A stretch of DNA of 64,000 nucleotides. It comes from Octopus vulgaris. Lineage: Eukaryota. The DNA lies in NCBI GenBank assembly GCA_951406725.2, contig OX597822.1, positions 52,886,001 to 52,950,000 on the forward strand. Reading direction: 5' to 3'. Below are positions 25,995 through 39,136 of this stretch, in pieces (position 1 is the stretch's first letter; each line of letters opens with the position of its first letter). The notes beneath the pieces are model-generated. The model did not search any database, had not been told where the DNA came from, and was given only the letters and a program-made list of their open reading frames with translations. The position numbers and the translations under genes were made by a program.

Positions 25995-26030
25995 CTTTTA
26001 CGTTTCGAGCCAACGCTCTTCTACAGAAAG
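25995..26030 (-). ncRNA. Minimal hammerhead motif (core A6 mutated)
   Basis: rc CTTT-CTGTAGA-A-GAGC-gttg-GCTC-GAAA-cg-TA-AAAG, in a ~190-bp element between TA tracts. Confidence 0.6.
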
Positions 26031-26093
26031 GGACTCAGAAAAAAACAAGGAGAGAAAAAAAGTGTGTAGTGGCTAACGATCTATCATGGCGAC

Positions 26094-26192
<99 letters not shown>

Positions 26193-26844
26193 TATATGTA
26201 TATATATATATTCATATATGTATGTATGTATATATATATATATAAATAAACACACATACACAGATATCAACCTCTTTCTCATTTTCAGACTGTGGCTTTA
26301 TCCACCTTTATTACTTCATATTGCGTAACAATAGAATATTAACGTAGATAGCTCGTTTGATTAAGATGAACTCATAAATTAATGAATGTCTCTATAATTA
26401 GATTGTCGGTAAGATGCCTGCAAATTAGATCACCTAGCATAGAAGTATTCCAGTATTATTATTGTAGTTGATGATGTGTCACATTTAAACTTGTAAGGTA
26501 GCAATATTAATTGATTAAGGTTATGAGAGATAAAAGAGAAACATTATAAAAATAAAAGAAAACGAGGAGCAAGAGGGAAAGAAAAATGTGGTGAGATAGA
26601 TAAAGAGAAATAGAGAAAGAGGGAGATCGGGAGACAGAATGAGGAAGAGAAACATAGAATAATACAGATTGACTCGCTCTCTCTCTCTCTTTCTCTCTCA
26701 TATCTATATATATATATACTTTATTTAAAGCAGCAGAAAATTCAACAAAATCTGTTACTCTGAGTAACAGATTTTGTTGAATTTCTGCTGCTTTAAATAA
26801 AGCATATTACTCTACCACTGGTATTTGAGTACTCTTTTTTCCAG

Positions 26845-26920
<76 letters not shown>

Positions 26921-27014
26921 GAGTAAACACATAAGTGTGAAACAAGGTGGGAAAAAGAGTACTCAAATACCAGAAGTAGAGTAACATGCTTTATTTTTAA
27001 AAATTTTAACAAAA

Positions 27015-27052
27015 CTGTCCGACGAACGGGAACGTGAAACTCCGAGTAACAG
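27015..27052 (+). ncRNA. Hammerhead motif (C4 variant)
   Basis: CTGT-CCGACGA-ACG-ggaa-CGT-GAAA-CTC-c-GAG-TA-ACAG. Confidence 0.7.
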
Positions 27053-27085
27053 CTTTTGTTAAATTTCTGCTGCTTTTTAAATAAA

Positions 27086-27146
<61 letters not shown>

Positions 27147-28020
27147 TCTCCTGTATGTAAGTATATATATATATATATCTAAATTCTGTACGACTCTTTT
27201 ACTCTTTCTTTTAACCCTCTTCACACTATCTTCGTTCTTTTTCTCGCCCTTCCTTCACATTTCTTGGTCTTCCCTTCATTCTCACTTTCTCTCCTCTTTT
27301 ACTCCACTATGTCCCTTTTCGTTTCTTTTTCTCTCTTTCTCGTCCCTTCCTAATTCTTCAATCCCTCTGCCCCTTCCTCTCTCCTTTCCTTCCGCGTGAA
27401 CGTGTTCCGCCAAGCCTGATCTTTCTTGGTTCGACTACCATCCGTGTAGCATCTGTTATATTCCTTCCCATGACTTTCATCTTTTATGTTCCTATACGAC
27501 AGATAAGTCGTCTTAATAACATATTTCTGTGTACCAGACATTTAGCTGTTATTGTTAGCATAACGAGTTTTCTGGTGCGGGCTTCATTTGCCTTCATTGC
27601 CTGATGTTTCAGTAGAAATCTATCAATGCATAAATGCACAAAACACACGCCAGCTTAATTTAATTCGTCCTTAGTCGAAAGACACCTGTTGTTAATGTCC
27701 TGTTGTTTGTATTTGTAACTGTGTACTATTTCTCCGTTTATTTTTCGACCTTGTTTTCGTATACATTCGCTTGCTTTCTTCCAAGGAGTCTAGTGCTCTT
27801 AGCTTAGATTTTCTTGGGGCCGGCCAGATTGTAGCAGTCTCGAGTGTAACCGGTCGAAACTGCAATGAGGATCTGGAACTCGACTGAGGATAGGAAGTTC
27901 CGAATGACCCGTCCTTGTTTTTTCCTGTCCTTTTTTCCATCGTCTGCCAGGATGTTTTGTTGTCGTCTGTTACATTTTTGTTCCATCTTTTGTTTTCTTT
28001 ATATATATATATATACACAC

Positions 28021-29010
28021 ACGAGCAGAAATACCCGGCGTTTCCCGGGTTAAAGAAAATAATGAAATTTAAATATACCTTTTAAATCTCTAGGTAAAAT
28101 GAAACATGGATTATACAGTTCTCAACAGTAATTAGCTGAGGTTCAAACTATTAATGTCCATAACCTGTTTTATCCGATGTTCTCACTGTCAAAATTGTTT
28201 TAAAAAACCGGGTAGTTCTTTGTCTTTGCAATCACCTTCAATTGTCAGTACTTATTTGAAACATGTTGAACCTGAAAATGCATAAATTTGAGAAGAACCG
28301 GTCTGCGGGCACTCCCCTCCTGTTAATAAGTACATTTAACAAAAATTCTATCAGGTGACGTGAGTATAAACAAATGTATTGAAACAAATCCGGAAATCAA
28401 TGATAGTTTAATTATCTAGAGCTACTAAATATACAATGTTTTCAGTGTGTCCTTTAATTGGTGAATAAATGGAAAGATTTTGGGGACTTCCAGCTCGCGA
28501 ACATTCTACATATAATTGCCCATGAGAGAAGCAAGGTGAAGTCCAACAACCTTGAGAGACTGTCCTTGAGACTTGTTTACTGACATAGCGAAACGGTTCC
28601 AGTTTGAAACTGGGAACTGGAACCGTTTAAATTCCAAGGGGAGGTTATATGGGATTAACGGGATCCGAGGAATGAAGATATCTTCACCTTTATAGTTCCC
28701 AGTCATAATTGTTACCTCTAGGACATGGGGTTGCATCGCTTTCACCACCAGTTTGGTGTCATTGCACAGACGAGGTGGATCCAGATTCCCGAGAAGTAGG
28801 ATTCCCCCCCCCCTTTTTTTTAAGTATGAAGTTGTGAGGTAGCATCCCAGATAGCTGTAGAGAGTTCAGGAACACGGAAAAACTACAGCCCTGTTCCTGA
28901 TCAATGGCAGTGTCGAGGGATCTGAAAGACTGTTCTTGTCCGGGCAACAGCTGCAAGAGATCCCAGTTGAATTTTGTTGACAGCATCATTACTTGGAGCT
29001 AAGATGGCTC
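28021..29010 (-). mobile_element. Helitron 3' portion with degenerate PIF1-like helicase (~28430-29000)
   Basis: FLNSLQLSGMLPHNFILK, NLDPPRLCN, G..IFIPRIPLIP..EFKRFQFPV, FAMSVNKSQGQSL. Terminal hairpin CCCGGGAAACGCCGGG followed by a CTAG-like end (CTCG) at ~28021. Confidence 0.85.
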
Positions 29011-29611
29011 GCCCACGGACCGTTGCTAAAGTTTTGTGCAATGTTTGGGGGCACATGCATTATGAGATCATTGACAGTTGGTACCATCTCACCACAGGCT
29101 CTCTGCCCTGCCCTGCCCCCACTCCGACTTTGGATGATGATAACTTTCAGAAAAAATGGATATTTTTAAATGAAATTTTCTACGAATATGTGTTATATCA
29201 TGTAGATTCCGAATATACAAATTTTTTTGGGGAAAGTGTTTTGGAAGGGGATGGGGAGGATTTTCGGAAAATTCACCGGAGTCCACTTTAATTCGTCTTA
29301 ACGTTCAGGAAAATGGATATTTTTTTTAATGAAATTGTCTACTATTATACTTCTATGTAGATCCCAAGCATATAGGATTTTGTGGGAAAACAATTAAGGG
29401 TTATTTTTACGAACTGTTCCTCGCTGGAAGTGGGGGTCGGAACAAGTCGTCCACATTTGTTTCAGTTTTTCCGTTTTGTGCGTTTGTGCATCCGTATATA
29501 ACCCTTAACTCTAGTAAAATTTCGGGAAAAAATTTGAAAAGTTAACGGGTGTATAAAAAAAGCCTAAAAGTGACTCCTGCTTTTGCATTTCGCATGCAGA
29601 AAGTTCATCGA

Positions 29612-31954
29612 TCGATCGATTGGCCCGCATCAATTTGTACAACATCTTCCCGGTTCGGCCAGGCCCTTCTTGACGTGGCTGAAGATTGTTTTCTATCGCA
29701 ACATGTTGAATATCCGACAAGGCATCGGTCTGGGCAGCAGCCATCTATGCTAGATCTGGTATTCTCCCGCTATCCAAGATCAGTGTCAGACGTATCTGTG
29801 TGCGCCCCTCTTGCCAAGAGTGATCATGCGGTCCTGAAGTTCGTCATGCACACAACTTTTTCCACACCCACGATTACTTCGCTGCCACGTAGAGTCTTCT
29901 CTGCAATTAATCTTGAAATTCTAACCGAGGCTTCCGCGCTTCTGGACTGGCGTTCCCTGATGACGTTGTCCTCAGTTGACGAACTATGGTCATCCCTCAA
30001 AGCATATGTAATCTGTTTGACTGACCAGGCAGTTCCCGTTGGACTTCCCAAGAGGAAGAAACACAAGCCCTGGGTGACGAAGAAGGTTAAACGTCGACTC
30101 AGAGATATTGCTTGGGCTGAATTCAAAAATCTGGATTCGACTGCAGCTTTTGAGGTGTACAAAACTCAACGAGACCGAGCCGTGAAAATTGAAAAGAAAG
30201 AACACTTCAGTTATGAATACAAAATCGCGGCAAATGCCAGTAGCAATCCAAAAACCTTCTTTGCCCATGTCCAGCGGAATTCCCGCTTGAACAACCAGAT
30301 TGCAACGTTGGTAGACTCAACAGGCGTATCGATTGAGGACCCTTATCAACAGAGTCAATTATTTGCCGAGGCTTTTTCAACTATTTTCAAACAAGATGAT
30401 GGTCGTGAACCCCCTCCATTTGATAGATCGGTACCTCCAATGCTTCGATTGATCATCACGCGGGACCAAGTCAAACGTGTTATTCAAGGCCTCGATGTCA
30501 ACAAGGGTCACGGCCCTGACGGCATACACCCACGGGTTATCAAAGCGTTGGCTCCGGTCATCTGCGAGCCCTTAACACGACTATTCAATATGTCATTGGC
30601 GACGGGTGTTATACCTGCAGACTGGAGAACAGCGATAATCTGCCCAATTTTCAAGAAAGGGAGCCGCGAAGACCCGCTTAACTACCGACCGGTTTCCCTT
30701 ACATCAATAATCAGCAAGATGTTCGAAACCATCCTTAAGAAAAGTATGATGCTCCACCTCCTAAACACAGCCTCGATCACTGATTCCCAACACGGCTTCG
30801 TGCCGAAGAGATCATGCTTGACCAACTTACTAGTAATGGAAGAATTGGTGACGCGCATCCTCGATGATAGTGATGCTGTTGACATCGTTTTATTGGACTT
30901 TGCCAAAGCTTTTGACTCGGTAAACCACCGCCTACTACTTGTCAAGCTTCAAGCATATAGTTTCCATCCGGATATTGTACGATGGGTTGGTGCCTTCCTC
31001 TCAGATCGCTCCTTCCAAGTTCAAGTTAATGGTTCGCGGTCCGACGTCTCCAGTGCGAGCAGTGGCGTGCCTCAAGGTTCAGTGCTTGGGCCCTTGTTGT
31101 TCTTAGTCTTCATAAATGACTTGCCCGACGACCTCACGCAACACACCCTTCTATTTGCCGACGATATCAAACTGGTCGCTCCTCGCGGTAGTATAGAGGA
31201 TCTTCGTCGATGCCTCCACCAAATTTGGAAGTGGTCTAACGATTGGGACCTGTGTCTGAACGTGTCAAAGTGCTGTCATCTGCCTGTCGGCTCTACTCCT
31301 GCAACTCAACTTGATTTCGAGCCGGGTCGTCTGCTGCTGGAGAGGACCGATCAGGTAAAGGACCTGGGTATCTTGGTGGATTCCTCCTTTTCGCCTTCGG
31401 CCCAGTGTGTCCATGCTGCCAACAAAGCGCGCGGAATTCTGTTTTTGATTCGACGGTCATTCGGAATGCTCACAGCAGCCATATTCCTGCCACTCTATGT
31501 CACGCTGGTGAGACCCATATTGGAGTATGGGATTCAAGCCTCTTCTCCTTATCTCCTCAAAGACATACAGCACCTCGAAAGAGTCCAGAGGCTGGCTACC
31601 CGCATGGTTCATGGTCTCAAAAATTTGTCCTACGAAGAAAGGCTGAGGACGCTCGACCTTTGTTCTCTTGAAAAACGCCGCCGCCGTGGTGATCTCATTC
31701 TCGCCCACAACATCATAAGCGGGAAGTGTAACCTCTCGAAAGAGCTGTTCTTCACTCCTGCTCCGGAGCGTCGGCTGCGGGGTCATTCCGAAAAGCTCTA
31801 CCTGCGATGATTTCATCTCAATCGAAGGAGAGGAGCTTTCTCCGTCCGGGTTGCGGATCCGTGGAACAAGCTGCCAGACGAGATGGTGAAGATGCCGACG
31901 ACCGCTTTGTTCAAAGCCTCCCTGGACCTCAAGTGGCCTGAACTCTTTACATGA
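29612..31954 (+). pseudogene. CR1 ORF2 (partial endonuclease + reverse transcriptase), one premature TGA at 31808-31810
   Basis: ORF 29549..31810 is open. Reading through the stop gives 47 more codons (FHLNRRRGAFSVRVADPWNKLP...) to TGA at 31954. No native N-terminus. Confidence 0.9.
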
Positions 31955-32046
31955 AAACCACCCTGTACTTAACTCCATGTCCCCCTACATGGCCTTGCTA
32001 TTTGCTTTTGAGCCAAATTAACTAACTAACTAACTAACTAACTAAC
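29612..32046 (+). mobile_element. CR1-clade LINE, 5'-truncated, young, with (TAAC)n tail
   Basis: APE C-terminal motifs (PTR..LDLVF..SDH), full RT (NYRPVSLTS, QHGF, LDFAKAFDSV, SGVPQGSVLGPLLF, FADD), CR1-type C-terminus (LERVQR.AT, LSYEERL, RR.RGDLI, RGH, WNKLP). (TAAC)n at 32019-32046. Confidence 0.95.
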
Positions 32047-32302
32047 ATTTCCCTCAGAGTTTGTTCGCAAATTTCATAAAGTATACTTATAATTAAAGTG
32101 CATCCAGCTCTATCCAATCCTTATAAAATTCATACATAGTGTATCTAGGATTACGTTACTAAGTGAGTCTTTGCCTCTTGTTTTTAAGGCGGTAAAGTAT
32201 AATTTGAAAGATATTTGGTTGCTATATTTTCGCAGATCAAGTTACTACACACGCATTATCTCGCCTGCTGTTGCGCATGAGCATTTGTACGCATGCCTGG
32301 AA

Positions 32303-32372
<70 letters not shown>

Positions 32373-32800
32373 CGATGCGTCTGTACATGTGTACGTATAT
32401 TTGCGTAAATAATGGAGAACCATTATGTACCCATGTCCGTTTATATGGATGTCAGGATATTTAAATATCGAGAAGAGTATGTATATGAGTGCACGTTCAT
32501 CGACTTGTGTATGTGCTAATGTGTGCGTATGTATATATGTACGCTTGACGCGAACTGCTTATATGATTCTTTTATTTTCCAAAATGACAAGACACCAGAC
32601 TAAAATAGAAGATTGATTGGTCTTCATTCTATTGTTAGTGAGAATAGTTTGGAGAACTGTATCACAACACAGAAGAGAGTATTGATATACTGTCTTTCCA
32701 ATACATATCTTTAACAGTAGAAGCCACACAATTGCCTCTTAAGCTCTTGTTACTGAATTGAATATTATTCTTCATGACATGTTGGTAACGAGGGAATCAA

Positions 32801-33023
32801 GGCGGCGAGCTGGCAGAAACGTTAGCACGCCGGGCGAAATGCGTAACTGTATTTCGTCTGCCGTTACGTTCTGAGTTCAAATTCCGCCGGGGTCGATTTT
32901 TCCTTTCATCCTTTCGGGGTCGATAAATTAAGTACCAGTTACAAACTGGGGTCGATATAATCGACTTAATCCGTTTGTTTGTCCACTCTGTATTTAGCCC
33001 CTTGTGGGTAGTAAAGAAATAGG
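32801..33023 (+). mobile_element. SINE family A, full length
   Basis: GGCGGCGAGCTGGCAGAAACGTTAGC (box A), GAGTTCAAATTC (box B), CCTTTCATCCTTTCGGGGTCGATAAA body. Further copies at 41215-41370, 50983-51180 and 51563-51791. Confidence 0.9.
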
Positions 33024-33048
33024 TAACGGGGAAGTTTTATTTTGCAGT

Positions 33049-33089
<41 letters not shown>

Positions 33090-33344
33090 GTTATCCTTTA
33101 CTTGTTCCAATCATTATACTGCAGCCACGCCGGGGCACTGCCTTGAAGAATTTTTAGTCGATCCCAGTACTTTCTTTTGAAGTCTCGTACTTATTCTAAC
33201 GTTCTCTTTTACCGAACCGCTGATTTACAGGGATGTAAACACGCCAACATTGGTTGTCAAGCTGTGGGGGTGGGGTGGAGGGACAAGCACACACGTGTCA
33301 TCGCACACGCGCGCATGCACACACACGTATACATAACCAATATA

Positions 33345-33890
33345 GTAGATTTATAAACAGGGCTTCATGTACTTGTGCTCCATAGTCACCAGTAATAGAG
33401 ACCTGACTCCAGAAATCAACCACAGATGTGGTGTGGCAGCTGGGGTTATATACTTCCGATGAAAGCCCCTCTGGTTTCACTGCTCTATCTCCCGGGAGAC
33501 GAAGCTTTGCATCTACAATGCGTCAGTCCTCTCCATTCTCCTTTATGAAGCAGAAACGTGGCCCTTTTAGAAGACACGGCAAAGTGGGTCGAGGGCTTTG
33601 ATAGCAGAACCTTTGAGAACCATCAAAAACTATCACGTTTCCAACAACAACAACAACAAAAAATTGCGAGCGCGCACGTATGAACCCGCATCGACAACCT
33701 CAGTAGCATGCGCTGATACGGACATGTCTTCCGTTTCTCGCTGGATTATCCTACTAGGGATTTACTCTCATTCAACGCACCAGATGACTAGACATGATTA
33801 AGGAAGCTCTCCAGAGGCTCGACGTTCCTGTAACTTATTGGTTCAGCAAAGAATGCAAAGGGGCTGGCATGGGATCATCGCTAGCATGAA
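33345..33890 (+). mobile_element. RTE-clade LINE 3' fragment
   Basis: FMYLCSIV..EINHR..ISRETKLCIYNASVLSILLYEAETWP..FDSR..*YGHV. Confidence 0.8.
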
Positions 33891-35024
33891 GCTATTTCTC
33901 CTTACTGAGGAACAACTTTAATCGATTTTCGAATATTATTTAATTCTCGCCAGAGAATCAAATCTATAACAATTTGACCAGTATCAGAGAAACAAGCTAC
34001 CAGTCTATTTAAATACTGAACGATTTCAGTTGCTACAAGAAACTGGAGGTACTAATTTGCATACCGTATGTGTTAAAGAAAACCATGGGATTACACGATA
34101 ACATGAATGACCATGGGATTACACCTAGACAGTTACCCTCCGAAGCACAAGTCCGATTGTTTACGGAAGACCAGCAGTCGCCCATGCATACTAGCCTCAC
34201 CTTTCCACATCACCGATGTTATCCAAGAGAAAGACAAAAGCCGACTCAGCTTAGCACCAGTGATGCCGCAAATCATTTCTACAGCTGAGTGAACTGGAGC
34301 AATGTGAATAAAGTGTCTTGCTCAAGTGTTAACACTTTATTTAATATCAGGAGACCTCAGTCCACACAGTGTCGGGGTATGATAGTAGATCTATAGACAG
34401 GGTTAATTTAGCTATTTCTTTGTAGACTGAAAATATGACGATCGACCTTAATCAATTTTTCAAGTAGATTCTCATTAAAGGCGTTACATGAATTTGACTA
34501 TTCCCAGAGAAACAATAAACCAATCTATTTATATGTTCAACAACTTTATCATTTTGATGTACATGAATTTACAAGTGCATTTTCCCTCATGCATATGCAT
34601 ATGCACAAACATACGTGTATGTATGTGAAATTGTGGTAAGATTGATAACTATTCCTAGGCAGGAGTGGCTGTGTGGTAAATAGCTTGCTTTCAGTTTTCT
34701 TTGTCGTAAATTTTCACAACCAGCAACCCTTTACAGTCCGGTTATACACGTTTCTCGTTTTCTCAGTATATTACAACTGACCCATCCTCATTCTTATCAT
34801 GTTCTACCGTTGCTATTAAACAACACTACTAATCAACTCTACTAAACAACAAAAACAACCACAACGTCAGCAGCCTGAGTCACTCCTCAAAATTCGCACA
34901 TCTCTATTTGATTTCATAAAAGTAAACCAAGAATGGGCACCAATTCAGAATTCAAAGTTGTATTATATGAAGTAGACTAAAAAGACTTGCCACTCCACCT
35001 CATATTCTCCATGGACAAAATATA

Positions 35025-36005
35025 AAAGGCATTATCCCTGAGGAAGTCGAGGGAGACACTCTGGAGCAGCCACTCTGACTCACTTGCAGATTGTCATCTC
35101 TGTCACAGTAACAGTTAGCACTATAGCACTATCACAGACTCGACGACAAATCTGTGAGCACCGTCTCCACTGTCGCAGATTCGACCACAAATCTATCAGA
35201 GAGTGCCTGATACTTTGACATTTTGTGCTTCTCTGCTTTACGTGCAGCAAAGCCTGGGCTGAGAGCTATACACACCACGTTGTTGCTGGAGAAGTTGTTG
35301 CAGCTTGTGGAATCCAAGATGAGTGACTTACCACCGAGTAAAGTGAAAATTGTCATGCCATCTCGTCTTTCACCATCCCCCTTGTCTAGCTCGGTTGGCT
35401 CCAGCTGGGAAGGGAAGTCTACAGCGTCTAGGTCATGCATTATAATTTTGTTGAGAGTAGTTTCGCATGTAAGGCGGTCATCACCATAATAGCATGATAA
35501 TGGGTGGCGATCGAAAGAATCCAGTGCGTCCGCAGCGGCAGTTGTGAGGCTCACACATCCGAAAGACAAGACTCAAGGAAGCACTGATCACATAAAGTTC
35601 AGTTGTATTGTTGACAATCCTGTTGATGAAAACGTAGAAAGAAGTCACCGACGAGAGAAATGCCGACAGAGCCAGTGAGATTGAAGACCAGACGATGAGG
35701 CCACCATATCGGACCGGTAGAGCGGCCTGTTGCTACCCAAGTCCGTCAAACCACACATTCCATATCTCCTCAGTGAGCCGTTGGACACAGGCATCAATAT
35801 CTATGAGAAGAGATGTGTGGCTGTTGCGAGGAGCATTTAGGAAGGTATATAGAAATTTTAACATGGCGAGTTTCTTCCTTAATAGGAAGAATGCTGGGCG
35901 GGCGTCGATCAGGTTCAGTCTGCTTGTCAGACTTTCGAGCTGGCGAAATCTGAACCTGAAGGTGGTGGGAATGGCAGGCAGAAGTATCGAAGCACAACTG
36001 ATCAC
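35025..36005 (-). mobile_element. CRE-clade (restriction-like endonuclease) non-LTR retrotransposon fragment
   Basis: AFFLLR, QAALPVRYGGL, HPLSC, LEP..L..GDGERRDGMTIF..GKSLILDST, AARKAEKHKMSKY, SLDFLRDNA. Confidence 0.8.
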
Positions 36006-36592
36006 TTATTAAATTACACAGTCTCTAGCTCTTCTACACAGTCAAGCTACTCAAATTCCTCACTCTCTCAGAGTAACACTAAAAATTCACCATCACCATT
36101 GTTATCCTATTCTACTGCTACAACCATTGCCACTACTACAACTTCTACTCCAATCAATGAAGAATCACTCCTTTCTTCCACCCACTGTCCAATTCAGTCT
36201 GAATGCATACCTCACAGCACCATGATAAATCTACCAACTGCAAATAAAGTGAAATCTATGAACGCACGAAACCCCCAAATATGCCACTATTCTCAACGCG
36301 AGAGACTATGTATAACCAATGACTGCAACTTTACCCATTTACTTGGGGCAAGACGCAAACGTCGTGCAAGCAACACCAAGCACACGTCTTACTTTTCTAA
36401 TCCATGATGAATCTGCTTTTCTAATCCATGATGAATCTCGCAAAAGTAATTCTTCACCACAAAACTTTTTAGCTCTCAAATAACACTAGCCACTGCTGTC
36501 ATTAACCTACAAAGCCAGTTCTGTAATAATGTTGAACGTACAAGGTACGTAATTACACTGCGTGACACGACCTTTGTTCTAAGGTAGCAACC

Positions 36593-36994
36593 GTTATTTC
36601 CTAATAGCTTACTTCTAGAAAGTATGAAAAATGGCTAATATTTCCTTCATACTTTGCTTTTGTTACATTTATTCAAACCCCAAACAACCCCTCTCAACAC
36701 ATTGCTATGATGCTCCCCCACTATTTTTGCCCATGATCAGAGATGCATATGTTGTCAGCCTCTAAGATATGCTCAAGTGGTTAAGTTCAAGCAACTGACA
36801 CGAAAATCAGTGATATTGAGCAGAATATTTTTATGACGCTATTTCTGCTTCATCAATTCAGCGCTGAATCTCTCTGAAATGCAATGGAAGATAGATCAGT
36901 TTCAAAACACTAATGTTCAAGTTACAAAAGCAAAGTTTGAAAGGGATAGAAGTCATTTACTTTGATTTCTAGATAGAAACAAATAGGAAATAAC
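36593..36994. mobile_element. Degenerate MITE-like element with ~75-bp inverted ends
   Basis: 36593-36668 and 36918-36994 are imperfect inverted repeats (CTTTGCTTTTGT/ACAAAAGCAAAG; GTTATTTCC/GGAAATAAC). Confidence 0.55.
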
Positions 36995-37013
36995 ACTAAC
37001 TGATTAAAGACAA

Positions 37014-37099
<86 letters not shown>

Positions 37100-37101
<2 letters not shown>

Positions 37102-37839
37102 GCCCTGATGCAGTACCAGGCAGTGGCTCTCATGGCTTCTGATCTTAACTGATTGGAAGTGTTATCATGTACATTGTTTTGTCTTGGTATAAAAGATGGG
37201 CTACAGCAAATATTCTGCTCAATACCACAGATTTGCTTGTCAGTTGTTTGGCCTTAACCAGTTGAGCATGTCCCTTAGTGGCTATGCCCTGATGCAGTAC
37301 CAGGCAGTGGCTCTCATGGCTTCTGATCTTAACTGATTGGAAGTGTTATCATGTACATTGTTTTGTCTTGGTATAAAAGATGGGCTACAGCAAATATTCT
37401 GCTCAATACCACAGATTTGCTTGTCAGTTGTTTGGCCTTAACCAGTTGAGCATGTCCCTTAGTGGCTGACGATATGTGCATTTCTGATCACGAGCAGAAG
37501 TAGTGAGGGAGCATCATGGCCATGTGTTGAGAGGGATTCTTTGGGGTTTGAATAATTCACCTCTGGAAACATAGGTGTTTCGTTCAACATCCTAAAGCAA
37601 CCCTTATTCAGGGACCTTTTGAGCAGGACGGACTACTCAACCTGAAGAAAATTCTAACTGGGCCCCACCTGCAAGGTCATGTGCTGTTTATCTTGATGTG
37701 AGATCACCATGTCGCGCACATATGGTTGTGATGCATGTGCCTGGTGTGCCTTTATCAGACGGGTAGTCATGATGGGTATATTGGGCTTCGTATATTTTAC
37801 CCCAGTGTCACTTTGATGGCATGAACTGCTCTCTCACTC
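37100..37839. mobile_element. ~555-bp microsatellite-embedded element, copy 3, with 184-bp terminal tandem duplication
   Basis: 37100-37283 is repeated from 37284. Flanked by (AAT)n at 37016-37099 and (AAT/GAT)n at 37840-38031. Confidence 0.9.
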
Positions 37840-37871
<32 letters not shown>

Positions 37872-37930
37872 TGATGATGATGATGATAATAATAATAATA
37901 ATAATAATGATAATAATAATAATAATAATA

Positions 37931-38025
<95 letters not shown>

Positions 38026-38944
38026 AATAAATAGATACATTTTTGTTACACAGCGTTATTTTTCTTCGGACAGTGCGTTTGACAATTTTAGATGTGTAAG
38101 ATGTGAGACAACCAAGTCTGTAATTTTTAGCTTCATCCCTTGTGAATAGCTGCTACTGTTGCGTCTTTCACTAGCTATAGGTATATGCCGGTATCTAGTG
38201 ACTTTTGAAAGAGCATCTTTACTGGTTTGATGATGCTGTTTCTGCACTATTTTAACCGTATGGTGAGGAAACTATCTGGCCCACATACTGAGTTGGAATA
38301 TAGGTTCACACCACAACATTGTGGCTCCAGGTTTGATCCCACTGCGCAATTGTCTTCCATGGTCACGAGATGCCGAACACCTTTTGAGTAGAATATGGTA
38401 GATTTAAGTAGATTTTAGTAGAAATTGCTCTTCCCAGCTGGTCAAGTGATCAAACAGAGGATCCCTTTATACTTGTGACTGAGTGGCAGTCATGGTTGGA
38501 CGGCAGTTATAATTTAGTTAATTGTTGTGGTTTGTCAGGGGTATGTTCGAGGAGTAGAAAAAGTGGTTACAAATTATGTTGATTATGTGTCGTGCGCGTA
38601 GGGGATAACTGTAGCGGTAGTGGTGGTAGGTGTTGTTGTAGTCTTCTTCTTTTTCCAATCAGGACTCACGCCATTAGCCACAAAGAATAATTTCTAATTC
38701 GAGCCTATTCTAAGCTATTAAGAATGCGTGTGGCATCTTGAAGATCCACCCAATACACGCGATAGACTGGCAGCTGCACGGGCGCGAAAGCTACGTTGTT
38801 ATCCTCATTCCGTAAACGGTGGCCATTTTTAACGGGTGGAGAGCTGGACCATCCTGGGGTACAGAGGATTCGCAATCTAGACTAGGGTCTGAAAGTTTAC
38901 CACACCATAGTGGGTTACACGATGGTTCCTCTGCTTTGAGGTAG

Positions 38945-39136
38945 AAGTCGGAAGAAAGAGTGAGAGAAAGTTATGGTGAAAGAGTACAGCGGGGTTCACC
39001 CTCGCCCCCGCCGGAGCCGCGTGGAGCTTAGGTGTTTTTGCTCAATAAACTCTTACAATGCCCGGTCTGGCAATCGAAACCGCGTTCTTACGACCGCAAG
39101 CTCGATCCCCTAACCACTGGGCCATTGCGCCTCCAC
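38945..39136 (-). mobile_element. SINE family B
   Basis: Same tRNA-like head as 10386-10489, plus body. Confidence 0.8.

Noticed and set aside
27390-27560. Possible RTE C-terminal remnant (also 41580-41720)
   Set aside because: Similarity too weak to support by eye.
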